In this document: positions 8,000-16,275 of the stretch, in pieces
Numbering within the stretch: the first letter of the stretch is position 1
Layout of the letters: each line of letters begins with the position of its first letter
NCBI GenBank assembly: GCA_019358935.1
Contig: JAHHIK010000142.1
Span: 1 to 17,621 of the forward strand
Length of the DNA: 17,621 nt
Origin: Tolypothrix carrinoi HA7290-LM1
GTDB taxonomy: Bacteria > Cyanobacteriota > Cyanobacteriia > Cyanobacteriales > Nostocaceae
Direction: 5' to 3'
Notes under the pieces: generated by a model
Seen by the model: only the letters and a program-made list of their open reading frames with translations
Databases searched by the model: none
Told to the model about the DNA's origin: nothing
Translations under genes and position numbers: made by a program

Positions 8000-9415
8000 T
8001 TAACAATCGTAGTAAAGACCAAATTCGTAAGGATGAGGACGCAGACGCATTGGGTTAACTTCGTTATCTAACTTGTAAGAAATCCAAGTTTGAATGAAGT
8101 CTTCAGTAAACACACCTGGTTCTGTTAAGAAAGCATGATCGTTCTCTAATGCTTCCAATGCCAATTCTAAAGAACCGGGTGTGGAAGGAACCTTAGCCAG
8201 TTCTTCTGGGGAGAGTTCATAGATATTCTTATCTAGAGGTTCACCAGGATGGATTTTGTTCTTGATACCATCTAAACCAGCACAAAGCATCGCAGCGAAT
8301 GCCAAGTAAGGGTTAGAAGTCGCATCCGGACAACGGAATTCTAAGCGTTTTGCTTTGGGGTTATTGCCGGCAAGAGGAATACGGATAGAAGCTGAACGAT
8401 TACCTTGGGAATAAGCTAAGTTTACAGGTGCTTCATAACCAGGTACTAAGCGCTTGTAAGAATTAGTGGTAGGGTTGGTGATTGCTAACAGTGCGGGTGC
8501 GTGTCTGAGGATACCACCAATGTAATGCAGCGCCATTTCGCTCAAACCAGCGTATTTATCGCCTGCAAATAAAGGTTGACCGTCTTTCCAGATAGACTGG
8601 TGACAGTGCATCCCAGAACCGTTATCGCCGAAGATTGGCTTGGGCATGAAGGTAACGGTTTTGCCGTATTTCTTGGCAACGTTCTTGATGACATATTTGT
8701 AAGTCATCAGCCAGTCAGCAGCTTCGATTAATTTACCAAAGCGGAAACCGAGTTCGCATTGTCCACCGCTAGCGACTTCGTGGTGCTGTTTTTCAATGGG
8801 TACGCCGCATTTTGCCATTGTCAGCAGCATTTCTGTGCGGATGTCTTGGAAAGTGTCGGTGGGGGGAACTGGAAAGTAACCTTCTTTGAAGCGCGGTTTG
8901 TAACCTAGGTTGGGACCTTCTTCTCTACCGGAATTCCAACGACCTTCTACAGAGTCTACATAATAGTAGCCGGAGTTAGCGTTTTGGTCAAAGCGGACAT
9001 CATCAAAGATGAAAAATTCAGCTTCTGGACCAAAGAAAACAGTGTCACCAATGCCCGAAGAAACCACGTAGTCTACTGCTTTTTGGGCAATAACGCGGGG
9101 ACAGCGATTGTAAGGTTCACCTGTACGCGGTTCTTGAATGCTACAAATTATACTCAGCGTCGGCTCTGCCATGAACGGATCGATCCAGGCTGTGTTCGGG
9201 TCAAGAACCATTGACATGTCTGATTCGTTGATCGCTTTCCAACCCCGAATGCTGGAACCGTCGAAAGGTACACCCTCAGTAAATGAACTCTCATCAATTT
9301 GGTTATGAAACACCGTGAGGTGCTGCCAAGTTCCTGGCGTATCGATGAATTTCAGATCGATCATCTGAATGTTGTTGTCCTGAATCATCTTCAAGACTTC
9401 TTGTGGGGTTGTCAT
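8000..9415 (-). CDS. glnA: Glutamine synthetase type I
   Basis: [62 protein letters not shown]. Confidence 0.99.
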   Translation of the reverse strand: MTTPQEVLKMIQDNNIQMIDLKFIDTPGTWQHLTVFHNQIDESSFTEGVPFDGSSIRGWKAINESDMSMVLDPNTAWIDPFMAEPTLSIICSIQEPRTGEPYNRCPRVIAQKAVDYVVSSGIGDTVFFGPEAEFFIFDDVRFDQNANSGYYYVDSVEGRWNSGREEGPNLGYKPRFKEGYFPVPPTDTFQDIRTEMLLTMAKCGVPIEKQHHEVASGGQCELGFRFGKLIEAADWLMTYKYVIKNVAKKYGKTVTFMPKPIFGDNGSGMHCHQSIWKDGQPLFAGDKYAGLSEMALHYIGGILRHAPALLAITNPTTNSYKRLVPGYEAPVNLAYSQGNRSASIRIPLAGNNPKAKRLEFRCPDATSNPYLAFAAMLCAGLDGIKNKIHPGEPLDKNIYELSPEELAKVPSTPGSLELALEALENDHAFLTEPGVFTEDFIQTWISYKLDNEVNPMRLRPHPYEFGLYYDC

Positions 9416-9511
9416 GGTTACTCCTTGTATGCTTATTTACTAAGGTAGAACTGAAATTTTCAATGCATTCTGACCCTGCTTGGTGAAACCAAATTGTGAG
9501 ATACCTGGAAT

Positions 9512-9554
9512 ATCCTAGAGATAGGACATCAGGTAGTTTTGTTGCATAAGCTAC
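9512..9554 (-). promoter_or_regulatory. NtcA-activated-type promoter of glnA with a variant box
   Basis: Minus strand GTA-GCTTATGC-AAC (9554-9541), 23-nt spacer, then -10 TAGGAT (9517-9512). Confidence 0.7.
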
Positions 9555-9770
9555 AAAAACTCATGATTAAAGTTTATATTTACCTTTGCTTAACGAGTTT
9601 CACAAAACTTAACAGTTCATTTCACAGGGTCAACTTTGACATAGAATCCTTATGTGCCGATGGATTATTTTTTGTGCTGAGACTTTTGCCGTAGCACAAA
9701 AATTTATAGGCGCATAAAAGCAGCCAGATAAATATCAAACCATAAATAGGATTGATTGGGAGAAAAAGGA

Positions 9771-10280
9771 ATGCGGGATGCAGTAACAAGTTTAATTAAG
9801 AATTATGACGTAGCTGGACGGTATTTTGACCGGAATGCGATCGACAGTCTCAAGTCTTACTTTGAAAGTGGTACAGCACGAGTACAAGCAGCTGGGGCAA
9901 TTAATTCTAATGCGGCGTCGGTTGTCAGACAGGCTGGTTCTCGCTTATTTGAAGAACAGCCGGAGTTGATTCGTCCTGGTGGAAATGCTTACACTACTCG
10001 TCGCTATGCGGCTTGTCTGCGGGATATGGATTACTATTTGCGCTACGCTACTTATGCGCTGGTTGCTGGTAGTATGGATGTTCTAGATGAGCGGGTGCTG
10101 CAAGGGCTGCGGGAAACTTACAATTCTTTGGGTGTGCCTATTGGTCCGACGGTTCGCGGTATCCAGATTATGAAGGATATTATTAAGGAGCAAGTGGCGG
10201 CAGCTGGTGTTGCTAATACTGCTTTTTTGGATGAGCCTTTTGATTATATGACGCGGGAGTTGAGCGAGCAGGATATTTAG
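9771..10280 (+). CDS. apcF: Allophycocyanin beta-18 subunit (169 aa from the ATG at 9771)
   Basis: MRDAVTSLIKNYDVAGRY, RPGGNAYTTRRYAACLRDMDYYLRYATYA; divergent from glnA. Confidence 0.96.
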   Translation: MRDAVTSLIKNYDVAGRYFDRNAIDSLKSYFESGTARVQAAGAINSNAASVVRQAGSRLFEEQPELIRPGGNAYTTRRYAACLRDMDYYLRYATYALVAGSMDVLDERVLQGLRETYNSLGVPIGPTVRGIQIMKDIIKEQVAAAGVANTAFLDEPFDYMTRELSEQDI

Positions 10281-10316
10281 TTTTTATTCGGGGTTCGCCT
10301 CAGAAGATAAAATAGG

Positions 10317-10345
10317 GCGAGTTTCTTTTGGAGACTCGCTTTTTT
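10317..10345 (+). terminator. Intrinsic terminator after apcF
   Basis: GCGAGTTTC...GAGACTCGC stem followed by TTTTTT. Confidence 0.75.
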
Positions 10346-10381
10346 ACGAACCGCGAAGACGCAAAGGGCACGAAGAGAAGA
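10346..10381 (+). repeat. Dispersed purine-rich repeat (CGAACCGC...ACGCA family)
   Basis: ACGAACCGCGAAGACGCAAAGGGCACGAAG, related to copies at 14056 and 17310. Confidence 0.65.
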
Positions 10382-11194
10382 TTGGTTAAGCAGCGATTGG
10401 ATATGTTGTTGGTGGAGTTAAATTTGTGTGCTTCCCGCGCTTTGGCGCAACGGTTGATTCAAGCGGGGGAGGTGACTGTTAATCAACAAGTTGTGGATAA
10501 GGCGGGGACGGTGGTTGATGTGGCGGCGGATATTAAGATTAAGGAGCGATCGCGTTTTGTCTCTCGTGGCGGTGAGAAGTTGGCGAAGGCTTTAGAATTT
10601 TTTAATATTTCTGTGTCAGGACGGGTTTGTTTGGATGGCGGTATTTCGACGGGAGGCTTTACTGATTGTCTTTTACAAGCTGGGGCAAAGCTAGTTTACG
10701 GGGTTGATGTGGGTTACGGTCAAGTTGATTGGCGTTTGCGAAATGATTCGCGGGTGGTTTTGCGGGAACGCACTAATTTACGACAACTGCAACCGCATGA
10801 GTTATATGGTGAGGCTCAAAAAGCTGATTTGGCGGTGGTGGATGTTTCGTTTATTTCTTTAACCAAGATTTTGCCTGCTTTGTGGGAGTTAACTCAATCT
10901 CAGAGAGAAGCAGTTTTACTGGTGAAGCCACAATTTGAGGTTGGTAAGTCCCGTGTGGGGAAAAAAGGCGTTGTTCGTGATTCTGGTGACCAAGCTGAGG
11001 CAATTTTTCAGGTTTTGCAAACTGCTCAAAATTTAGGATGGAAGTACAAGGGTTTAACTTGGTCGCCGATCACTGGTCCTGCTGGGAATATTGAATATCT
11101 TTTGTGGCTGGATATGGAAAGCGAAACACCACCGCCTAATTTAGAAGCTATTCAGCAAGTTACAAAGTCTGCTGTTGCTGAATTGAGAAATTAA
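10382..11194 (+). CDS. tlyA: TlyA-family rRNA methyltransferase (S4 + FtsJ domains); probable TTG start at 10382
   Basis: KQRLDMLLV, FVSRGGEKL, LDGGISTGGFTDCLLQ, DVSFISL, LVKPQFE, SPITGPAGNIEYL. The longer ORF start at 10328 runs through a terminator and a repeat. Confidence 0.93.
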   Translation: MVKQRLDMLLVELNLCASRALAQRLIQAGEVTVNQQVVDKAGTVVDVAADIKIKERSRFVSRGGEKLAKALEFFNISVSGRVCLDGGISTGGFTDCLLQAGAKLVYGVDVGYGQVDWRLRNDSRVVLRERTNLRQLQPHELYGEAQKADLAVVDVSFISLTKILPALWELTQSQREAVLLVKPQFEVGKSRVGKKGVVRDSGDQAEAIFQVLQTAQNLGWKYKGLTWSPITGPAGNIEYLLWLDMESETPPPNLEAIQQVTKSAVAELRN

Positions 11195-11469
11195 AGGTCG
11201 TAGATTAGACATTCTACTGCTTCTGGATGGCGATCGCAGTAGCTTTCTAAAGAAGATTTGCCTTTTGTTTTTTGGTTTTTGTGAGATTTCTCTGCTTGCA
11301 ATTCTTCGACGATATCCCAAGCTACAGCGCAGTTAGCAGAATTGCTACCGCTGAGATCGCAGGTTTGACGGGCTTCTGCAATAGCATCAAAAATCACTTC
11401 TTCAAGGGTTTTGCTTTGATTCTCGACGGAGTTAATAGCAGCCTGGACTACGTTTGAGATGTCAGCCAT
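11191..11469 (-). CDS. cp12: Calvin-cycle regulator CP12 with both Cys pairs
   Basis: C...C-AVAWDIVEEL core and C-terminal YCDRHPEAVECLIYD. Stop codon overlaps the tlyA stop (TTAA 11191-11194). Confidence 0.93.
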   Translation of the reverse strand: MADISNVVQAAINSVENQSKTLEEVIFDAIAEARQTCDLSGSNSANCAVAWDIVEELQAEKSHKNQKTKGKSSLESYCDRHPEAVECLIYDL

Positions 11470-11592
11470 GATACTTACCTTTGTGTGTTGATTTAGAAAT
11501 CGACTGCGAGCTTCTGAATTATTTCAGGTGCTTAATTTCTAGTTTAGACAAGCTTCACATTAAATGCCGGTAGGAAAACCGTCCATGCGTTT

Positions 11593-11677
11593 GGGGAAGG
11601 GGAAGGGGGAGGGGGGGAGGGGGACAGGGGGAGAGGGGGACAAGGGGGACAAGGGGGACAAGGGGGACAGGGGGGAA
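11593..11677. repeat. G-rich 9-mer tandem repeat (GGGGGACAA-like)
   Basis: Visible tandem units. Confidence 0.9.
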
Positions 11678-11804
11678 AGAAATATCCTTTACACTTTGAT
11701 TGCTGTAGATGCTAGCAAAAAGCTGTATCTCAAAATGGCTCTGTTGACAAGTTATTGTAAGATGTTGAAAAAATTTAACAAACTTGAGATAAATTGACAA
11801 AATC

Positions 11805-11952
11805 TAATTGGGTAATTGGTAATTGGTAATTGGTAATTGGTAATTGGTAATTGTTCTTTCTCCCCATCCCCCCCTGTCCCCCTCTCCCCCTGTCTTTGAA
11901 AGTCCCCCCATCTCCCCATTCCCGATTCCCCATTACCCATTACCCATTCCCA
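11805..11952. repeat. STRR block: (TAATTGG)n, then a C-rich 9-mer, then (CCCATT[C/A])n
   Basis: Visible tandem units; the last units overlap the GTPase stop codon. Confidence 0.9.
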
Positions 11953-13289
11953 ATTTTTAATTCTTGCCGCAAGCGGTACAAAATTGTATTTTGGTCAACT
12001 TGGGATAAAATTTCTTGAATGACGGTGCTAGCGCCCAATTGACCCCATGTGCAGCCTTTTTTCAGATACTCTTGTGCGGCTTTACCGATCGCATAGGCGC
12101 CATAACCGGCGATACCAGCTTGAGCGATCGCACTTCCGGCGAAGGCTGTTATATTGGTGGGATTTTCACCACTGGCTAAGGCGGTGGCACTTTTGCCTAA
12201 GCCTAAAAGCACGCTGCTTCCTAATTCTCCCAAAAGTAAACCGCCAGAACTAAATAAAATTGTCTTAAGAAGTGAACCTGCTTCGTAACCGGTCATCGGT
12301 AAGCCGTATAATCTTGCTAAGGAGCGAATTAACGCTAAGTCGGCAACACTTCCGCCAACGACATCTAAAAAGGCGATGGGATTTAAGCCGACTGCTAAAG
12401 CTTTATATTTGGTAAACTGCCAAATCAGGTCTTCTGCTTGTTGTTCGCGTAAGTCGATAGTTTTTTGAGCGATCGCTGTTTCTGCATCTCTTGCTTGAAT
12501 CAGTGCATTTAAGGCGAGAAGCGATCGCCCTTCGCGATTGAGAATATTTAAAATTGTCTGTTTGAGTTCCTCTACTTGAATTGGTGGTGTCTCCCATTCA
12601 TAAGTTACACGTCCATCAGTCCACTCAACCCGTACTTCCATTAGCGCAGGTTCCGCTGCTACCATGACAATTTCATCTGGTAATAGTGGCTTTTGTTGGG
12701 GATGTCCTGCACCGAGTTGTTGCAAATTTTTATAAATAGCTGTTCTATCTGTATCTGGATACAAGTCTATTTTGTTAAATACAAGAATTAGGGGTTTTTG
12801 CGATCGCCGCAATTCTAGCAGTGCTTGATACTCCGTCTGCGTAATATCACCAGACACGACAAACAATATCAAATCAGCTTGCTGCGCTACATCTCGCGCC
12901 ATTTGCCCTCTTACCTCACCCTGAATTTCATCTAATCCGGGGGTATCAATTAATTCTACCTGAACCTTGCCGCCAGGAGTCCACCGCAGGGAACGAGGAT
13001 ACTGAGTTACGCCGTTAAGGGGACCTGTTTGGAGAATTTTTTGTCCCACTAAGGCGTTTAACACTGCGGACTTACCACGACTGACTAAACCAAAAGCGGC
13101 AATTCTAATTACGTTAGAGTCGAGCTTATTGAGAGTATTCGTCAATATTTCTAATTCTGGTTTGACAAAAGATGCTAATTCCAGGTTTGATTGCGGTTGT
13201 CCTGGCTTGCGAAGATATCCATACCAAGACAGCACTTGTCTGAGACTAGCACGAGCGCGATTTAAATGAGTTTCTTGGAGATTAGGCAC
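11940..13289 (-). CDS. Era/MMR1-like GTP-binding protein with a C-terminal DUF697/YcjF-like domain; probable GTG start at 13289 (ORF extends to 13355)
   Basis: G1 GLVSRGKS, G2 GVT, G3 DTPG, G4 NKID, hydrophobic NPIAFLDV region. Confidence 0.88.
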   Translation of the reverse strand: MPNLQETHLNRARASLRQVLSWYGYLRKPGQPQSNLELASFVKPELEILTNTLNKLDSNVIRIAAFGLVSRGKSAVLNALVGQKILQTGPLNGVTQYPRSLRWTPGGKVQVELIDTPGLDEIQGEVRGQMARDVAQQADLILFVVSGDITQTEYQALLELRRSQKPLILVFNKIDLYPDTDRTAIYKNLQQLGAGHPQQKPLLPDEIVMVAAEPALMEVRVEWTDGRVTYEWETPPIQVEELKQTILNILNREGRSLLALNALIQARDAETAIAQKTIDLREQQAEDLIWQFTKYKALAVGLNPIAFLDVVGGSVADLALIRSLARLYGLPMTGYEAGSLLKTILFSSGGLLLGELGSSVLLGLGKSATALASGENPTNITAFAGSAIAQAGIAGYGAYAIGKAAQEYLKKGCTWGQLGASTVIQEILSQVDQNTILYRLRQELKIGNG

Positions 13290-13518
13290 GTTCTTGCCTT
13301 TGTTATAACAAGCTACATATCTATTTTGATTCAATTCCATAACAAAACTCAGCAATGCCTAAAAGCGCTACTGAGTTATTAATTATTTAATTATCCACAA
13401 TCTGTGGTTAATTACACGTTTGAATTATGCGATGTCTATTAATATAAGTTAGATAAAATTGCGCTTTTCTGATAGAGTTTAATTATCAGCCAGAAATAAA
13501 AATTCCTGGCTTAGATAT

Positions 13519-13848
13519 CTATCGCCAAGTCCGGTTTCCGTCTTCGTCAGTTCTTGCTTGACGAATGACATCGGAAATTTCTTCCGCATCTTTTACGTGG
13601 TGAAGTGCTTTTTGTTCACCATCTGGTTCATCGACAACAAAATAAGTCGGTACTGTGATATGCTCGCCTGTGATGTCTGGTGAATCTACTGCAATTTGTT
13701 GAGCTTTTTCTTCAACTGATTCTGGCTTATCATCAATCACATCTCCGGGATTGACTGTCGCGTTCTTTTCTTTAGGTGTTGGTTCTTCTCTGGATTCTAT
13801 AGTTGGGCTTACTGGTTGCTTAATTTCATTTTCTGATTGATTAGCCAT
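13519..13848 (-). CDS. Acidic hypothetical protein (109 aa)
   Basis: ATG start, coherent D/E-rich composition and a downstream hairpin AGCCAGAAAT/ATTCCTGGCT (13488-13511). Confidence 0.75.
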   Translation of the reverse strand: MANQSENEIKQPVSPTIESREEPTPKEKNATVNPGDVIDDKPESVEEKAQQIAVDSPDITGEHITVPTYFVVDEPDGEQKALHHVKDAEEISDVIRQARTDEDGNRTWR

Positions 13849-13961
13849 AATCTTTAATTTTCCAGAATTCGTCTACTAACATTACTTTATAGAATCAAAG
13901 CCGTGAAGAGTTCCTTCTCAAGAAAGACTTTGAGCATACGACTAAATGAGGAATTTATTAG

Positions 13962-13980
13962 TTGACACTCCCACGGCTTA
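13962..13980 (-). mobile_element. Remnant half of an IS200/IS605-like right end
   Basis: Minus strand TAAGCCGTGGGAGTGTCAA resembles the 3' arm plus TCAA terminus of such ends; the 5' arm is missing where a REP hairpin now sits. Confidence 0.4.
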
Positions 13981-13986
13981 AAGTAA

Positions 13987-14022
13987 GTAGGGTGCGTTAT
14001 GGCTTGGCCTAACGCACCCTAC
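13987..14022. repeat. GTAG-headed REP-like perfect hairpin
   Basis: GTAGGGTGCGTTA-N10-TAACGCACCCTAC. Confidence 0.85.
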
Positions 14023-14029
14023 ATAAATA

Positions 14030-14165
14030 TAGGACTTACGCAACAGTCATGAAAAACGAACCGCAGAGGACGCAGAGAAGCCAGCGCGTTGCGGGGGTTC
14101 CCCCTGTTGTAGCGACTGGCGCGACACAGAGGAATGAGGAAGAGGGAATTTTTGCGTAAGTTCTA
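14030..14165. mobile_element. MITE-like element (136 bp) with a nested 45-bp insert
   Basis: TIRs TAGGACTTACGCAA (14030-14043) and TTGCGTAAGTTCTA (14152-14165), one mismatch; flanked by AAATA direct repeats (14025-14029, 14166-14170). Confidence 0.75.
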
Positions 14166-14171
14166 AAATAG

Positions 14172-15176
14172 TTACTTTTGAGGTTGAAATGGTGTATACT
14201 TACCGCCTAGAGCCTCAACAATGGTGCGGGTATTCGCTTCCATCATTTTGATGTAGGAATCGCCTTCGCTTCCAGGGGCACCAATTGAATCAGAATAAAG
14301 TTGACGCGGTGCTAGTTTGACGTTGGCTTCTTGGGCAACTGTGGTAATTAAAGCTGGATTAATCGTTGTTTCGGCAAAAATTGCGGGAACGCCAATCTTT
14401 TTAACTGACTCTACCAAACGTTGTACTGTTTGAGCGCTGGGTTGTTCTTCGGTGCTGATGCCAATTAAAGTTCCGGCGATCGCTATTCCATAACCGCGTC
14501 CATAATATTGAAATGCATCGTGGGTTGTTATCAGTTTGCGTTTCTCAGGTGGGATAGTTGCAATTTCTTGTTTTATCCAACTATCCAACTGTTGTAATTC
14601 TTTACTTAGTTGCGTTGCGTTTTGGGTAAATTTCTCTTTATCTTCTGGCGATAACTCTATTAAAGCATCCCGAATCGCGTTTACCATCGCTCGTGCATTC
14701 TCTGCGTTACCCCAAACATGCGGATCTGGTACTATTTCACCTTTACCTTTATCTAACTGCAAAGGCTTGACAACTTCCCCCACTGCAACCTGACGCGCTT
14801 TTCCTCCAGTAGCTTTCATGATTTTAATCAGTCCCGGTTCCAGATTGTAGCCGTTATACAAAATCAAGTTAGCTTCTTCTAAAAATCTACTATCTTCTGG
14901 TCTTGGTTCATATACGTGCGGATCTGTACCGGGTTTGAGGATTCCCGTCAGCTTAATTTCGTCTTTGCCAACATCTTGCGCTAAGTCAGCAATGATGGTA
15001 CTTGTCGCGACTACTAACGGTTTGCCATCTGCGTTTGGGGTGTTACGGTTATTTGCTTGGGTACAACTAAGTAAGGTAAAGGGTAAAAGGCAAAAGGTAA
15101 AAGTAATGATTGTTTTCAGCTTTTGAGCTTTTGTCTGGCTAGAGGTGCGGACTTCTGTCTGGGGTATTATTTCCAT
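14172..15176 (-). CDS. mntC: Mn ABC transporter substrate-binding lipoprotein
   Basis: LLSC lipobox, VVATSTII, DPHVYEP, DPHVW, HDAFQYY, LYSDS; no His-rich Zn loop; ManR-type box upstream. Confidence 0.85.
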   Translation of the reverse strand: MEIIPQTEVRTSSQTKAQKLKTIITFTFCLLPFTLLSCTQANNRNTPNADGKPLVVATSTIIADLAQDVGKDEIKLTGILKPGTDPHVYEPRPEDSRFLEEANLILYNGYNLEPGLIKIMKATGGKARQVAVGEVVKPLQLDKGKGEIVPDPHVWGNAENARAMVNAIRDALIELSPEDKEKFTQNATQLSKELQQLDSWIKQEIATIPPEKRKLITTHDAFQYYGRGYGIAIAGTLIGISTEEQPSAQTVQRLVESVKKIGVPAIFAETTINPALITTVAQEANVKLAPRQLYSDSIGAPGSEGDSYIKMMEANTRTIVEALGGKYTPFQPQK

Positions 15177-15207
15177 TTATATCTGATATTGCTTCCAATT
15201 ATAGATG

Positions 15208-15226
15208 TTTTCATATTTGTCTCATA
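15208..15226 (-). promoter_or_regulatory. ManR-type direct-repeat operator in the mntC/mntAB divergent promoter
   Basis: Minus strand TATGAGAC-AAA-TATGAAAA, matching the (T/A)ATGA(G/A)A(A/G) x2 pattern with a 3-nt spacer and one mismatch. Confidence 0.8.
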
Positions 15227-15265
15227 TTTATAGTAAGCTCAAGGAAAGCAATATTTAACTTCGTT

Positions 15266-16087
15266 ATGAAAACTGTCTCGTACCCGAAATTTGATTTATC
15301 CAAAAGGAACCCAGGCAAGATGCCTTTAGAAGTTGTCACAAGTGAGGCAAATTCCGCTGAAGCGATTAACATTGCTCATTTAGGGGTACACTACCGCACG
15401 CAAGAAGCTCTGAGAGACGTTAATTGTATTATTAAGCCAGGGAGACTAACAGGAATTTTTGGTCCCAACGGTGCCGGTAAAAGTACGCTGATGAAAGCGA
15501 TGTTGGGATTGGTTCCCGCTAGCCGTGGTACAGTGTTGTATCACGGTAAACCTTTGATGCAGCAACTTGAGAAAGTTGCTTATGTACCGCAGCGATCGCA
15601 AATCGACTGGACTTACCCCGCTACCGTTTGGGATGTGGTGATGATGGGACGAGTCAAGAAAACAGGTTGGTTTCGTAACTTCTCCACAGTTAGCCGTCAG
15701 GTAGCGAAAAGTGCTTTAGAAAGAGTTGGGATGAGCGAATATAGCGATCGCCCAATTGGACAACTTTCTGGAGGACAACAGCAACGAGTATTTTTAGCCC
15801 GTGCTTTAACCCAAGAAGCGGAAATTTTCTGCTTTGATGAACCGCTTGTAGGGATAGATCAGAAAACCCAGTCAGTAGTTTTTCAAGTTTTTGGTGAACT
15901 CGCTGCCGCTGGTAAAATCGTCTTGGTTGTCAACCACGACTTAGGCGAATCAATCACCCACTTTGACGATTTGATTTTGTTAAATCGCGACTTAATCGCC
16001 ACAGGAAGCCGCCAACAAGTGCTAACTGAAGACAATTTGTCAAGTGCCTATGGTGGGAAAGTTATTTACTTTTCTGATGCAGCGTAA
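15266..16087 (+). CDS. mntA: Mn ABC transporter ATP-binding protein
   Basis: [33 protein letters not shown]. Confidence 0.88.
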   Translation: MKTVSYPKFDLSKRNPGKMPLEVVTSEANSAEAINIAHLGVHYRTQEALRDVNCIIKPGRLTGIFGPNGAGKSTLMKAMLGLVPASRGTVLYHGKPLMQQLEKVAYVPQRSQIDWTYPATVWDVVMMGRVKKTGWFRNFSTVSRQVAKSALERVGMSEYSDRPIGQLSGGQQQRVFLARALTQEAEIFCFDEPLVGIDQKTQSVVFQVFGELAAAGKIVLVVNHDLGESITHFDDLILLNRDLIATGSRQQVLTEDNLSSAYGGKVIYFSDAA

Positions 16088-16250
16088 ATTGGGAATTGGG
16101 CATTGGGCATTGGGCATTGGGCATTGGGCATTGGGCAATGGGCAATGGGCATTGGGCATTGGTAATTGTCCCCCTTGTCCCCCTTGTCCCCCTTGTCCCC
16201 CTTGTCCCCCTTGTCCCCCCCTCTCCCCCTTCCCCCCCTCCCCTCCTCCC
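16088..16250. repeat. STRR block: (TTGGGCA)n then (TGTCCCCCT)n and a C-rich tail between mntA and mntB
   Basis: Visible tandem units. Confidence 0.92.
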
Positions 16251-16275
16251 TTGACGGTTCGTATTACAAATAATT

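Noticed and set aside
3861..8329. Additional TCCGGA hexamers (near 3861, 5382, 6329, 8324) as DIF1 promoters
   Set aside because: They lie inside coding regions, are expected by chance and have no supporting context.
11555..11940. ORFs 11555-11800, 11564-11797 and 11752-11940 (collagen-like GDK, PITNYQL)
   Set aside because: They are translations of STRR tandem repeats.
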